NCBI RefSeq assembly: GCF_001194135.2
Contig: NC_068990.1
Span: forward strand, 17,683,712-17,747,711
DNA: 64,000 bases
Reading direction: 5' to 3'
From: Octopus bimaculoides
Taxonomy: Eukaryota
In this document: piece by piece, positions 51,235 through 63,015 of the stretch
Numbering within the stretch: the stretch's first letter is position 1
Layout of the letters: the number at the start of each line of letters is the position of its first letter
Notes under the pieces: generated by a model
Told to the model about the DNA's origin: nothing
Databases searched by the model: none
What the model saw: only the letters and a program-made list of their open reading frames with translations
Position numbers and translations under genes: made by a program

Positions 51235-52609
51235 TAGACCAAAGGTCTAAGCATTTCAGCTATGACCATCCAATCTTATTTATCTTGTGATATGAGGGAA
51301 ACTTAGCTGTTATTTCTGTCATGCTGAGCAACCACATAACAAGTCTTCTTTGTTTGCTCATTTATAGTTCTTTATTTGCTGTAAAGTATGAATTTCTTCA
51401 CCATTTTACACTGCTGTGTGCAGTGATTCTGTTCTAAAATTATTCTCATATTCTGCATATTCTTATGATGTAGAGTTCATGTTTTTTTTTTATATCCTTA
51501 CCTGCATATTCTAATGAAAAAAATGCAGATACTTATGTGATTCTACGCACATAAATGATCAAATATTCAAATATATCTTGTAACTAGCTTAGCTACGGAA
51601 AGAAAATGTAGGTTTTAAGGTGAAAAATATTCAAATTATTTTACAAGAGATGACCTTGGTTTTAATCCTATCAGAAAAGCTGATTTACATGAATTTTAAA
51701 CATTAAACGTGAGGAAAATATTCTTATAATTCAGATAGTCTCTAAATATCAAATAACATGATCGATAAATGAGGACATTGATTTTTTAAAAATGTGATAA
51801 AGGTAAATCAATGTCAGTATCAGGTCATTGATATTCATATTGATTAAAGTTTTGGGAAATAAATGCTATAAAGGATTGCAATGAGAAAAACCACTTAGTT
51901 TGATGCATATCACACTCATCACAGCACATCATATACTGATGAAAGATATCACATATATATATATGCAAGCCTTTGTGCATGCACATGTGTGCATGTGTGC
52001 ATGTGTGTGTGTGTGTGTGTGTGTTTCTCCTACCAGCCAGCACAGCTGTGCAATATGTAATAAAATGTGTAAAACTTTGGCTGGGCTTAAAAGTCATATA
52101 AGGGCATCACATGGCATCAATAATGAATCATTTCAGTAAGTCTTTTTGGCAATGGCTTTTCTTGTGTAATGAGGATGTAACTATTATGATGATGTATGTA
52201 TGTGAATATATAAGTACATATATGTATACCTCGCATGATGTTAATGTTAATCCTTCCCCATTAGGTGCCATCACCATTCTCACTCCGACATCTCTATACC
52301 AACCCACTCTCACCCTGGTCCCTACCCTACCCTACCCTACAAGCAGATATCTCCCAACCCACGAGTGTATCAACAATGAGCTAAAAACATGTTTCCCCTC
52401 TGGTTTTGACCTGGTTGATGTTGTTTTGCTTTTTCAACAGCCATGAGACCTCTAGACCAGATGTCACACTTTCAGCCCCACCAGTGACAAAGAACTCAAC
52501 TATGGGCAGGTAGAAGAGTAAAAATTAATATCGAAACTAGATTTGATTAGATTAAATTAAATTAAATTAAATTAGATAATATAAGTGTGGATAAATGGAT
52601 AAGTTAGTG

Positions 52610-53596
52610 AGTACGATAGGTTGGAGTGAGCTCTTACCCCTGCTGGCGACAAAGGGACTCTCACTCAGAGTAAAAGGCAGACTGTATGACGCATGCGTAC
52701 GAACAACCATGCTACATGGCAGTGAAACATGGGCTGTAACTGCTGAGGACATACGTAAGCTCGCAAGGAATGAAGCCAGTATGCTCCGTTGGATGTGTAA
52801 TGTCAATGTGAATACCCGTCAGAGTGTAAGTATCTTGAGAGAAAAGCTGAACATTAGAAGCATCAGTTGTGGCATGCAAGAGAGACGATTGCGCTGGTAT
52901 GGACATGTGGTGAGAATGGAGGAGGATAGCTGCGTGAAAAAGTGCCACACCCTNNNNNNNNNNNNNNNNNNNNNNNNNNNNNNNNNNNNNNNNNNNNNNN
53001 NNNNNNNNNNNNNNNNNNNNNNNNNNNNNNNNNNNNNNNNNNNNNNNNNNNNNNNNNNNNNNNNNNNNNNNNNNNNNNNNNNNNNNNNNNNNNNNNNNNN
53101 NNNNNNNNNNNNNNNNNNNNNNNNNNNNNNNNNNNNNNNNNNNNNNNNNNNNNNNNNNNNNNNNNNNNNNNNNNNNNNNNNNNNNNNNNNNNNNNNNNNN
53201 NNNNNNNNNNNNNNNNNNNNNNNNNNNNNNNNNNNNNNNNNNNNNNNNNNNNNNNNNNNNNNNNNNNNNNNNNNNNNNNNNNNNNNNNNNNNNNNNNNNN
53301 NNNNNNNNNNNNNNNNNNNNNNNNNNNNNNNNNNNGTTGCCAGTGCCCCTGGACTGGCTTGTGCGGGTGGCACATAAAAGACACCATTTCGAGCGTGGCC
53401 GTTTTCGTGCGGGTGACACGTAAAAGCACCCACTACACTCTCTGAGTGGTTGGCGTTAGGAAGGGCATCCAGCTGTAGAAACTCTGCCAAATCAGACTGG
53501 AGCCTGGTGTTGCCATCCGGTTTCACCAGTCCTCAGTCAAATCGTCCAACCCATGCTAGCATGGAAAGCGGACGTTAAACGATGATGATGATGATG
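52610..53596 (+). mobile_element. 5'-truncated RTE-clade LINE (ORF2 C-terminus, 3' UTR, (GAT)n tail)
   Basis: ELLPLLATKGLSLRVKGRLYDACVRTTMLHGSETW...RRLRWYGHVVRM; no stop before gap 52954-53335. Confidence 0.92.
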
Positions 53597-54930
53597 TAAT
53601 CTTAATAGACTGCATACGAAAAATAAGTTATTACAAAGGAATAAGACCACATACAATAAATGTAACATATGTATTTGTCTAATTAGGGGAATCAACTGTA
53701 TATTTTTAACCTAAGTATAGGGGCAATACAGGGGGAAATATATGTCAGAAGATATAAGGAACTGTTCTTCTTTTTCTATTCTAGAAATTACTGGTACTTA
53801 TGTATGTAAAACACAATCTTTACATATGTACATATCTTCTCATAATTTTTTTAAATAAATAAATAGACATAATATAATGTGTAACAGTTGATGCATACTA
53901 TCTCTGAATCCNNNNNNNNNNNNNNNNNNNNNNNNNNNNNNNNNNNNNNNNNNNNNNNNNNNNNNNNNNNNNNNNNNNNNNNNNNNNNNNNNNNNNNNNN
54001 NNNNNNNNNNNNNNNNNNNNNNNNNNNNNNNNNNNNNNNNNNNNNNNNNNNNNNNNNNNNNNNNNNNNNNNNNNNNNNNNNNNNNNNNNNNNNNNNNNNN
54101 NNNNNNNNNNNNNNNNNNNNNNNNNNNNNNNNNNNNNNNNNNNNNNNNNNNNNNNNNNNNNNNNNNNNNNNNNNNNNNNNNNNNNNNNNNNNNNNNNNNN
54201 NNNNNNNNNNNNNNNNNNNNNNNNNNNNNNNNNNNNNNNNNNNNNNNNNNNNNNNNNNNNNNNNNNNNNNNNNNNNNNNNNNNNNNNNNNNNNNNNNNNN
54301 NNNNNNNNNNNNNNNNNNNNNNNNNNNNNNNNNNNNNNNNNNNNNNNNNNNNNNNNNNNNNNNNNNNNNNNNNNNNNNNNNNNNNNNNNNNNNNNNNNNN
54401 NNNNNNNNNNNNNNNNNNNNNNNNNNNNNNNNNNNNNNNNNNNNNNNNNNNNNNNNNNNNNNNNNNNNNNNNNNNNNNNNNNNNNNNNNNNNNNNNNNNN
54501 NNNNNNNNNNNNNNNNNNNNNNNNNNNNNNNNNNNNNNNNNNNNNNNNNNNNNNNNNNNNNNNNNNNNNNNNNNNNNNNNNNNNNNNNNNNNNNNNNNNN
54601 NNNNNNNNNNNNNNNNNNNNNNNNNNNNNNNNNNNNNNNNNNNNNNNNNNNNNNNNNNNNNNNNNNNNNNNNNNNNNNNNNNNNNNNNNNNNNNNNNNNN
54701 NNNNNNNNNNNNNNNNNNNNNNNNNNNNNNNNNNNNNNNNNNNNNNNNNNNNNNNNNNNNNNNNNNNNNNNNNNNNTATATATATACATGTAACAGTTTG
54801 CTTGGTTGCCTTCTAAATGATGATGATATAAATACACACACATGTACATGCTGATGGAGTGATGTGAAATGGCCACTTGTCATATGATTTGATGCTTATT
54901 TACATGATTCCATATATTTCTTGTATTCAG

Positions 54931-55119
54931 GAAGTTCAGTATGAAGCATTGCTCTATCTGACTGGTGAATGTAACTATGGTGGACGTGTCACTGATGAAT
55001 GGGATCGCAGAACTCTGTTGACCTTGCTCCAAAAATTTTACTGCCCAGATATAATATACAACGAGCAATATTATTTTGATGAAATCAGTCAAATATACAA
55101 AGCTCCTGAGGATGGTGAA
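54931..55119 (+). CDS. DNAH7: Dynein heavy chain exon E29
   Basis: attcag|GAA...GAA|gtaagg; ALLYLTGECNYGGRVTDEWDRRTL; phase 0/0. Confidence 0.95.
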
Positions 55120-55387
55120 GTAAGGAATTCCATTATCTAATTTTATTTTTTGTTAATGAGATTCCTTTGTGTTTCAACTGTTTTATCTTTTATTATTGAT
55201 TTACAATCCTTTTTATTGAAGTTTTTAAATTATGAAATGAAATTATCGCACTATACATGAATACCTATGACTAGAAATTTTAAGATGTTTGTAATGAGTG
55301 AGCTAAAAAAAAAAATTAAATAGATATGCATATATTACTGCGAATCTCCTCATACAGATGTAAAAATCCTTATCTTCTACTATTACC

Positions 55388-55436
55388 GTCTCCGATGAAG
55401 GGATACATTGAATTTTCCTTGAAACAGCTGTAAGAC
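55388..55436 (+). ncRNA. Minimal type I hammerhead ribozyme motif with one core substitution; likely Penelope-like pLTR
   Basis: GTCT-CCGATGA-stem II-GAAAC-AGCT-GTA-AGAC. Confidence 0.65.
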
Positions 55437-55666
55437 ATTCTACTTAAAATATAAATCTACTTAAAATATAAATTTACTTATGCCATTGGTCTCTTTATCT
55501 CATTCTTTTTTTATATATACACACGCTAATACATGACCCGTGTTATATTCCCCATTCATGTTGCAACCACATCTGGGGCAAAACTAGTCAGTATACAGCA
55601 CTTACTCGGTATTACCTGTATCATTAGGGTCTGGTTGACTCCATTACCCTTCATAACCTTTATTAT

Positions 55667-55709
<43 letters not shown>

Positions 55710-56240
55710 NNNNNNNNNNNNNNNNNNNNNNNNNNNNNNNNNNNNNNNNNNNNNNNNNNNNNNNNNNNNNNNNNNNNNNNNNNNNNNNNNNNNNNNNNNN
55801 NNNNNNNNNNNNNNNNNNNNNNNNNNNNNNNNNNNNNNNNNNNNNNNNNNNNNNNNNNNNNNNNNNNNNNNNNNNNNNNNNNNNNNNNNNNNNNNNNNNN
55901 NNNNNNNNNNNNNNNNNNNNNNNNNNNNNNNNNNNNNNNNNNNNNNNNNNNNNNNNNNNNNNNNNNNNNNNNNNNNNNNNNNNNNNNNNNNNNNNNNNNN
56001 NNNNNNNNNNNNNNNNNNNNNNNNNNNNNNNNNNNNNNNNNNNNNNNNNNNNNNNNNNNNNNNNNNNNNNNNNNNNNNNNNNNNNNNNNNNNNNNNNNNN
56101 NNNNNNNNNNNNNNNNNNNNNNNNNNNNNNNNNNNNNNNNNNNNNNNNNNNNNNNNNNNNNNNNNNNNNNNNNNNNNNNNNNNNNNNNNNNNNNNNNNNN
56201 NNNNNNNNNNNNNNNNNNNNNNNNNNNNNNNNNNNNNNNN

Positions 56241-56596
56241 CGCTTACGACGTCGAGGGTTCCAGTTGATCCAATCAACGGAACAGCCTGCTCGTGAAATT
56301 AACATGCAAGTCGCTGAGCACTCCACAGACACGTGTACCCTTAACGTAGTTCTCGGGGATATTCAGTGTGACACAGTGTGACAAGGCTGGCCCTTTGAAA
56401 TACAGGTACAACAGAAACAGGAAGAAAGAGTGAGAGAAAGTTGTGGTGGAAGTGTACAGCAGGGTTCGCCACCATCCCCTGCCAGAGCCTCGTGGAGCTT
56501 TAGGTGTTTTCGCTCAATAAACACTCACAACACCCGGTCTAGGAATCAAAACCGCAATCCTATGACCGCGAGTCCGCTGCTCTAACCACTGGGCCA
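56241..56596 (-). mobile_element. tRNA-derived SINE, well preserved
   Basis: Reverse complement starts ATGGCCCAGTGGTTAGAGCAGCGG...TTTTGATTCCTAGACC; CpG-rich. Confidence 0.75.
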
Positions 56597-56933
56597 TATG
56601 TATATAAAGAGAGATTTCCATTGTTATGATGACAAAACTGATTATCTCTGTGTGAAAGCAAAATAAATAAGTATACAAACAAACAAGAAAACAAACAAAT
56701 AAATAAATAAATGCTTGTAACTGTCTGGCAAACAGGAAAGTTAGACTTGGTTAAGTTAATAGAGAAATGAACTCCCCAAAAACTATTGGCTATTGCTTCT
56801 TTTGCCATCACTGTGCTGTGTTGCTAGCCATGACAGTGTTCTAGCTTAGAGAAGATTTCTTTCTTTCCTTCCTTCCTTCCTTCCTTCTTTCTTTTTTCTC
56901 TCTTCCTCCTTCTTTCTCTATCTGTCCACCCAC

Positions 56934-56966
<33 letters not shown>

Positions 56967-58739
56967 TTTCTTTCTTTCACTTTTTCTATCATTCTCTTTC
57001 TTTCTTGGGAGAGAATGGGTGTGTGAAGCTTAGTCAGAGAAAGGAGGGTAGCACCTTCAACTATTTTCAGAGCCTCCGATACTGGTGGAAAGAAGAAAGT
57101 TACCCTCAACCCAATGACCTGGTCCACTGAATGTTTGTAGCAGAATTAGTTTTATTTATGTAATTCTAACCAAGTTGAATAATTCCTGCCATGGTTCACT
57201 GTACAAATAAGTCAGATGGATTCAGACTGGAATCAACCAAAATTATATGTACAGTGAGGAGCTCTATTTGTTCAAGCAACTCTCATATTGCTAGTTGTTA
57301 CCTCACACCATACATTAATATTTTCCAAAGCATTTCTATTAGGCTTGAGTTTTGGGCACACAATTGAAATGTAGCTTCATTGTGTCTTTTTATACTGCAT
57401 TATTTTTCACTGTAATATCAAATTTATGCAGGAATCTGCTTTAGGATAGTAACCACATATAAACCTGAAGAGTGTAGCATTGAAACAAGTAACTAGGTTA
57501 TTCCCTTGTGTGTATGTGGTATATGTGTGTGTGTGTGTGTGTGTATGTGTGCAGGCATGTATGTATGTTTGTATGTGTGTATATATATATATACTTTATA
57601 TATATAATAATAATATAGATTTAATCAAAAGATTAAATGTGGTACTTAAAATGTTTGAGGCACCAGAATTTGGTAGGGTAAAAACCAAAAGCAAAATCAA
57701 GAGATTTGGTGAATAAAATTTGAAGATAAGCAACAAAAATTCAATAGGTTATAGCAGTACGTACGTTTCGTACAAGCTTCATTTATTCATGTAGTGAGAA
57801 CACCACATAGAATGTACAATGAAAATGTATTCCTCAGCTGCATAATGGAATTTCATTTTAGAAAGTCATTTTGAAGATGTTTGCAAAAAACAAGAGCAAG
57901 AGAAGAAAACATACCATCTCGACTNNNNNNNNNNNNNNNNNNNNNNNNNNNNNNNNNNNNNNNNNNNNNNNNNNNNNNNNNNNNNNNNNNNNNNNNNNNN
58001 NNNNNNNNNNNNNNNNNNNNNNNNNNNNNNNNNNNNNNNNNNNNNNNNNNNNNNNNNNNNNNNNNNNNNNNNNNNNNNNNNNNNNNNNNNNNNNNNNNNN
58101 NNNNNNNNNNNNNNNNNNNNNNNNNNNNNNNNNNNNNNNNNNNNNNNNNNNNNNNNNNNNNNNNNNNNNNNNNNNNNNNNNNNNNNNNNNNNNNNNNNNN
58201 NNNNNNNNNNNNNNNNNNNNNNNNNNNNNNNNNTATATTTGTTCTTAGTTACATATAAAAACAGCATTAAGCTGAAGGATTATTCATTATTTTTTAGTAG
58301 GGTACATATTTAAACTTTTACTAGGAAACAGTTGACAGTGACTTTAAAGTTTAATAAACACACATATATATATGCTACTATTGAACAGTGAGAGAACGAA
58401 TATTCAACACTGCATTGGTGGATAAATATTCTTTATTTGTGGTTAACAAAGCAACCAATGGTTTCATGTGAAGATCTACACAATTGTTTGAGTGTACCAT
58501 GAGGATCTCTTCACATGCCTTGTTAACCTATAATTAAAGTGCACATAGACACACACATAATAGGCACACACACATGCTTTGAGGAGAAAAATATTCGATA
58601 TGGTTAGTATGTGTTGCACAGTTTGTTCACTGTTTTGAAACTGATGAGTTTCTGCATCATTCCTCCTAGATTTTTTTTAATAATGTACACTAGAAACACT
58701 GAATAGTGATAAATTGTACACCTTTGTATATATGTGGGT

Positions 58740-59070
58740 ATGTAAGTGTGTGTGTGTATATGCATACATGCCACTTTTCTTAACTCACTCCCCACCACAG
58801 GACCACTTTCTCACCTGGCCCCTAAACCCCTTGTCCATTTTCTTTTCCCTGCAACCACTTTTTCTCTTTCACTTTCCTCCTTTACTCTCCTTTATTTTTC
58901 TTTTGATGAAGGACTAGCATCCGAAACATCAAGACTCTTTTCCTTCCTTTTAAACATTAAGCTAATACAATTGTTAAAACTTGTCTCTCCTGTGTTGCCT
59001 CCTTTCAATATATATATTGCTACATTGTTTGCTAACTTACATGGCTTCTTGTGGTTTATTCTTCTACTAA
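58740..59070 (+). mobile_element. Probable Penelope-like pLTR remnant with a decayed hammerhead (58898-58934)
   Basis: TCTT-TTGATGA-AGGACTAGCATCC-GAAAC-ATC-AAGA. Confidence 0.45.
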
Positions 59071-59810
59071 TTTAATTTACTGTAAACTTCCTGATCTGAA
59101 ATTCAATGTCCATGGCTTCCTCTCCACAGAAACGGGTAAGCATTAGAAAACAGACTTATCTCAAATAACAACAACTAATAATTCTTCAGTGAATGGCTTT
59201 GCTTGAAAATGTTTGGTATTTCTTTCCAGAACTAACATGACTTATTTTGTTTTTTTAAACTATGACAAATTGATTCTTGCTAATACAAATTATCACTAGC
59301 ATCCTTAATGAAATCCCATAAATCATTTTAATTAATCATTCTATAAATCATTTTTCTCACTCTCTAATTCACTATCTGTATCAGCTTGCTTGTCAGAAGT
59401 AAAGCTAAGCTTTGTTACAGACATTGAGCAGAATAACCACTAAATATATATAATAATAATTCTAATCAGTTCTGACAATATTTAATATATTTTACTGGAT
59501 CTCCAAGTAATTTTATTTGCATTTTTCACTAACAGTTTCTTAAACAATAACTCAACTATTTATTTGTCCTTTTTAAAATTTGAATTCTGTTTTATGAGCA
59601 GGAGTATTGTTTTCTTTTTATATGGCATATTTAATGATATGTATATGTATGTGAATGTATGTGTGTGTAGATATCTAGATATATATGTATGTGTGTATTT
59701 ATATATAAATATCTATATGCCTGCTGATGAAGTACAGTAATCATCATTATATAGAAGTATGTATCTATGTATGTATCTGTCTGTTCTATCTATATGTCTG
59801 TGTGTGTGTC

Positions 59811-59852
<42 letters not shown>

Positions 59853-59862
59853 TATATATATA

Positions 59863-60269
59863 AAACTCTTAATTCTAACAATTTAGGTGCTACCCTGCAC
59901 CATCAGTCATAATTAGTGACAACTGAATTTTTCCTTTTCAGTTTTATATTGCGTATAGAAACCTTCATTATTTTATAATTTTCACGTTACCATTTTGCTG
60001 AATCAGCCACTGATTAATGTTGCTATTACTATATACTGACAGTTGGGATTTAGCCAAATCGTCCAGCAATGGAATGGTCACTACTGATGAGCATTAATTT
60101 TAAGTGAAACTAGACTAGTATGATGATCTCGCTCACTGTGGGGCAGTTATCTCCCCTGTCAGTGTATGGAATTGTGCTTCCTTGCAGCTAAGGGATTTGT
60201 AAACTCTTATTTCTAGTAATGTAAGAACTACTCTGCATCATCAGTCACAATTAGTGACAATTGAATTTT
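59863..60269 (+). mobile_element. 338-bp unit with 69-bp terminal direct repeat between (TA)n tracts; candidate retrozyme or PLE pLTR
   Basis: 59863-59931 resembles 60201-60269; hammerhead inside. Confidence 0.6.
60076..60128 (+). ncRNA. Type I hammerhead ribozyme motif with intact catalytic core
   Basis: CTGATGA 60084-60090, GAAAC 60106-60110, quasi-palindromic stem III ACTAGACTAGT, GTA 60118-60120, imperfect stem I. Confidence 0.65.
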
Positions 60270-61365
60270 ATATATATATATATATACGTATATGTATATA
60301 TAAAATGTGAAAATTTAATTAAGCTTAAGTAGAAGACACTTGACCAAGGTGCCACACAGTGGGACTGAACCTAGAGCCTTGTGTTTGGGATACAAACTTC
60401 TTACCACACAACCCCACCTGCACCTATGGATTTCTTCATGACTTCTATGGTGTTGCTCAGTCCTAGACTGAGTAGATTTATAATGAAACATATTACAGGC
60501 ATGACCACCCCACCACATTTTTTCTTTTCAGACATGTACATCAGGGCTAGACCATATTATTGAATGTGTCTTTCCCTTTCTTAAAATAGTGCGATAAAGA
60601 CACATGGTCTAGTGGTTAGAATATTCTGTTAATGATCATAATGCTGTGGGTTCAATTCCTGGACTGAGTGGTGCAGTGTGTCCTTGAGCATAGCCCTTCT
60701 TTTCATGTTGCTGCGATCTAATAAGTTGAAAAGGATTACTGACTGAGTGATGATGCAGCTCCCTCTCTTCTCCGGATGTCACAATCTGGACGAGTGAGAG
60801 TACCAAAATGATGCCTATGTCTGCTTGTGACTACATAGGCATCTAAAAACAATTAGTGACAATATGGTACATGTCACCAAGCTATACTTGCAGATGACAG
60901 TGATCTCTTTTTTACCTCTCTTCTAATATGGTGGATGAAGTATGATGAAGGATTTGACTCCTGTTTCTAGCAGGTTAAGTAACCATGTATATGTTTCCTA
61001 TATGCTTTGTATTTTTACATGTTCTGTCTTTTAGCCCCAGGTGTGCCTTGACTGAACACACTTATGATCAAAAGGTGTTCCACCCAGGACCATTTTGTCT
61101 TTTCATGCATCAATCATCTTGGACTACATTCCATTTCAAAACAATGAGAAATACTTTGAGGGATATTAGGCAACTATTTCTAGCAGGCTGAATGACTATG
61201 TAGAGGTTGCCCTTGTACCATTGTATAAAAACTTCTTTCTCATTGATTTAAATTAAAAGATTTATTTTTCCAACTCATTATCAAGGAACATAGACACAAA
61301 CACACAGTCCCAAGATCAAGTGAGAGTGACAATGTTTGCAATCCCAGTCTATGTCTTTGTTTCAG

Positions 61366-61596
61366 GCAAAAACTGCCTCAAGTGCTGGGAAAACAATAGA
61401 CGACATTGTGGATGAAGTTGCAACAGACATCATCAACAAGCTTCCAGATGATTTTGATATTAACGAGGCTAATTTCAAATATCCAACTTCATACAAGCAA
61501 AGCATGAACACCGTGTTGGTACAGGAGATGGTGAGGTTCAACAAGTTGCTGATTGTGATTCGATCCAGTCTCAAGGATATACGGAAAGCAATCAAG
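61366..61596 (+). CDS. DNAH7: Dynein heavy chain exon E30 (C-terminal domain; one exon is missing before it)
   Basis: tttcag|GCA...AAG|gtattt; [25 protein letters not shown]...KAIK; phase 0/0. Confidence 0.95.
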
Positions 61597-61643
61597 GTAT
61601 TTTAAGAAGTGTAAAAATAAAATGAAAGAAAAATATTCAGCTT

Positions 61644-61890
61644 CATCATCATCATCATCATCATCGTTGTTGTCATCATCATCATTATCATCATTGTCGT
61701 TGTTGTTGTCATTGTCGTCATCATCATCATCATCATTGTCATCATCATTGTTGTCATCATCATCATTATCATCATTGTCATAGTTGTCATCATCGTTATC
61801 CTTGTCACCATCGTTGTTGTTATCATTATCACCATAGTCATTGTTGTCGTCATCGTTGTTGTTTTCATCATCATCACCACAACCACCACC
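61644..61890. repeat. Compound (ATC)/(GTC)/(GTT) triplet repeat
   Basis: Direct reading. Confidence 0.95.
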
Positions 61891-62925
61891 TGTCTAATAA
61901 ACTGTAACAGTTGTTCAAAAACCAAGTCTTGACTCATCCTGTGTTATGCACTTTTTCACCTAATGTCTCACTGATTCTACATCAGGATTACATTAAGAGT
62001 ACAATTGTTTGTGGAATATTCAACCATTTACACTAAGTCAATGATTTGGCAATTCTGTTGCTCAAAGAGCCTATCACTGTTTTAATGTCCCCTTTTTCCT
62101 TGCTTGCATGGGTTGGCTGAAATTTGTTGTGGCAGATTTTCTACAGCTGGATGCATTTCCTGCTGCCAACCCTCACTTGTTTGCATGTAAGGTAGCAGTT
62201 CCCCTTTACTGGACATTTTTTCATGGTAAATTGGAAACAAATGGTCCTGCTTGTATGATTTCAGTTCACATTTACAAAGCCCACTCACAAGGCTTTGTTT
62301 GCCCTAAAACTATAGTAGAAGACACTTGCCCAAGGTCTCATGCTCTGGGACTGAACCCCAAAATTATGTGGCTGAAGATATGCTGACAGAGCATTGCCTT
62401 TCTTCTGTTCTCTAAGTTATTAGAATGCTCTTACTCTTAATTTTCACATATAGCACAGTTGATATATTCAAATGATTACTCAAAGCATAGATGAGCTGAC
62501 AGAAAAACAGGTTATAAGAGGAATCGACTATAATATGCAAGAGTGACAGCTATACTGGGTAGAGATAGAATATGCATTGAAGTACCACAAGATTCATGTA
62601 GAAAGATCCAACAGAAGAGGAAGACCAAAGAGGATATGGACAAATGTGGCAAAGACTGGTCTGTCTCTAGAAGTTGAACCTCATAACAGAGATGACAAAG
62701 GAACACTATAAATGTAGGAAAGGACTCATCTAATCCATGTATGTATGGAAAAATGGTTGTTAAAATCGTGATGATGACAATAGCAGTGGTGGAAAGGATG
62801 AAGATTCTAAGTAACTGTTATTCTTTGATTTCTCTTCTTTTATATCAAGAGTCAATCACTTTAACCATTGCTATTTGATATATATTGAAATCTTTTCTGT
62901 TATGTCTTCATTGTGCTGCTGCTTA

Positions 62926-63015
62926 GTCTGGCCGTTCTATTCCTTTTGTCTGGCCGTTCTATTCCTTTTGTCTGGCCGTTCTATTCCTTTTGTCTGGCCG
63001 TTCTATTCCTTTTGT
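62926..63015. repeat. 4 x 22-bp perfect minisatellite
   Basis: GTCTGGCCGTTCTATTCCTTTT x4. Confidence 0.97.

Noticed and set aside
55441-55479. Short tandem duplication TACTTAAAATATAAAT
   Set aside because: Ordinary slippage in AT-rich sequence.
57462-57500. Fourth hammerhead-like motif (CTGAAGA...GAAAC AA GTA)
   Set aside because: Stem I does not pair after the GUA and stem II is marginal; could be a very decayed relic or chance.
59130-59135. 6-nt candidate micro-exon (ccacag|AAACGG|gtaagc)
   Set aside because: Good splice signals, but expected by chance in 64 kb; it cannot supply the missing ~45 aa and has no homology support.
61602-61937. Met/Thr-rich minus-strand ORF
   Set aside because: Translation of the compound triplet repeat.
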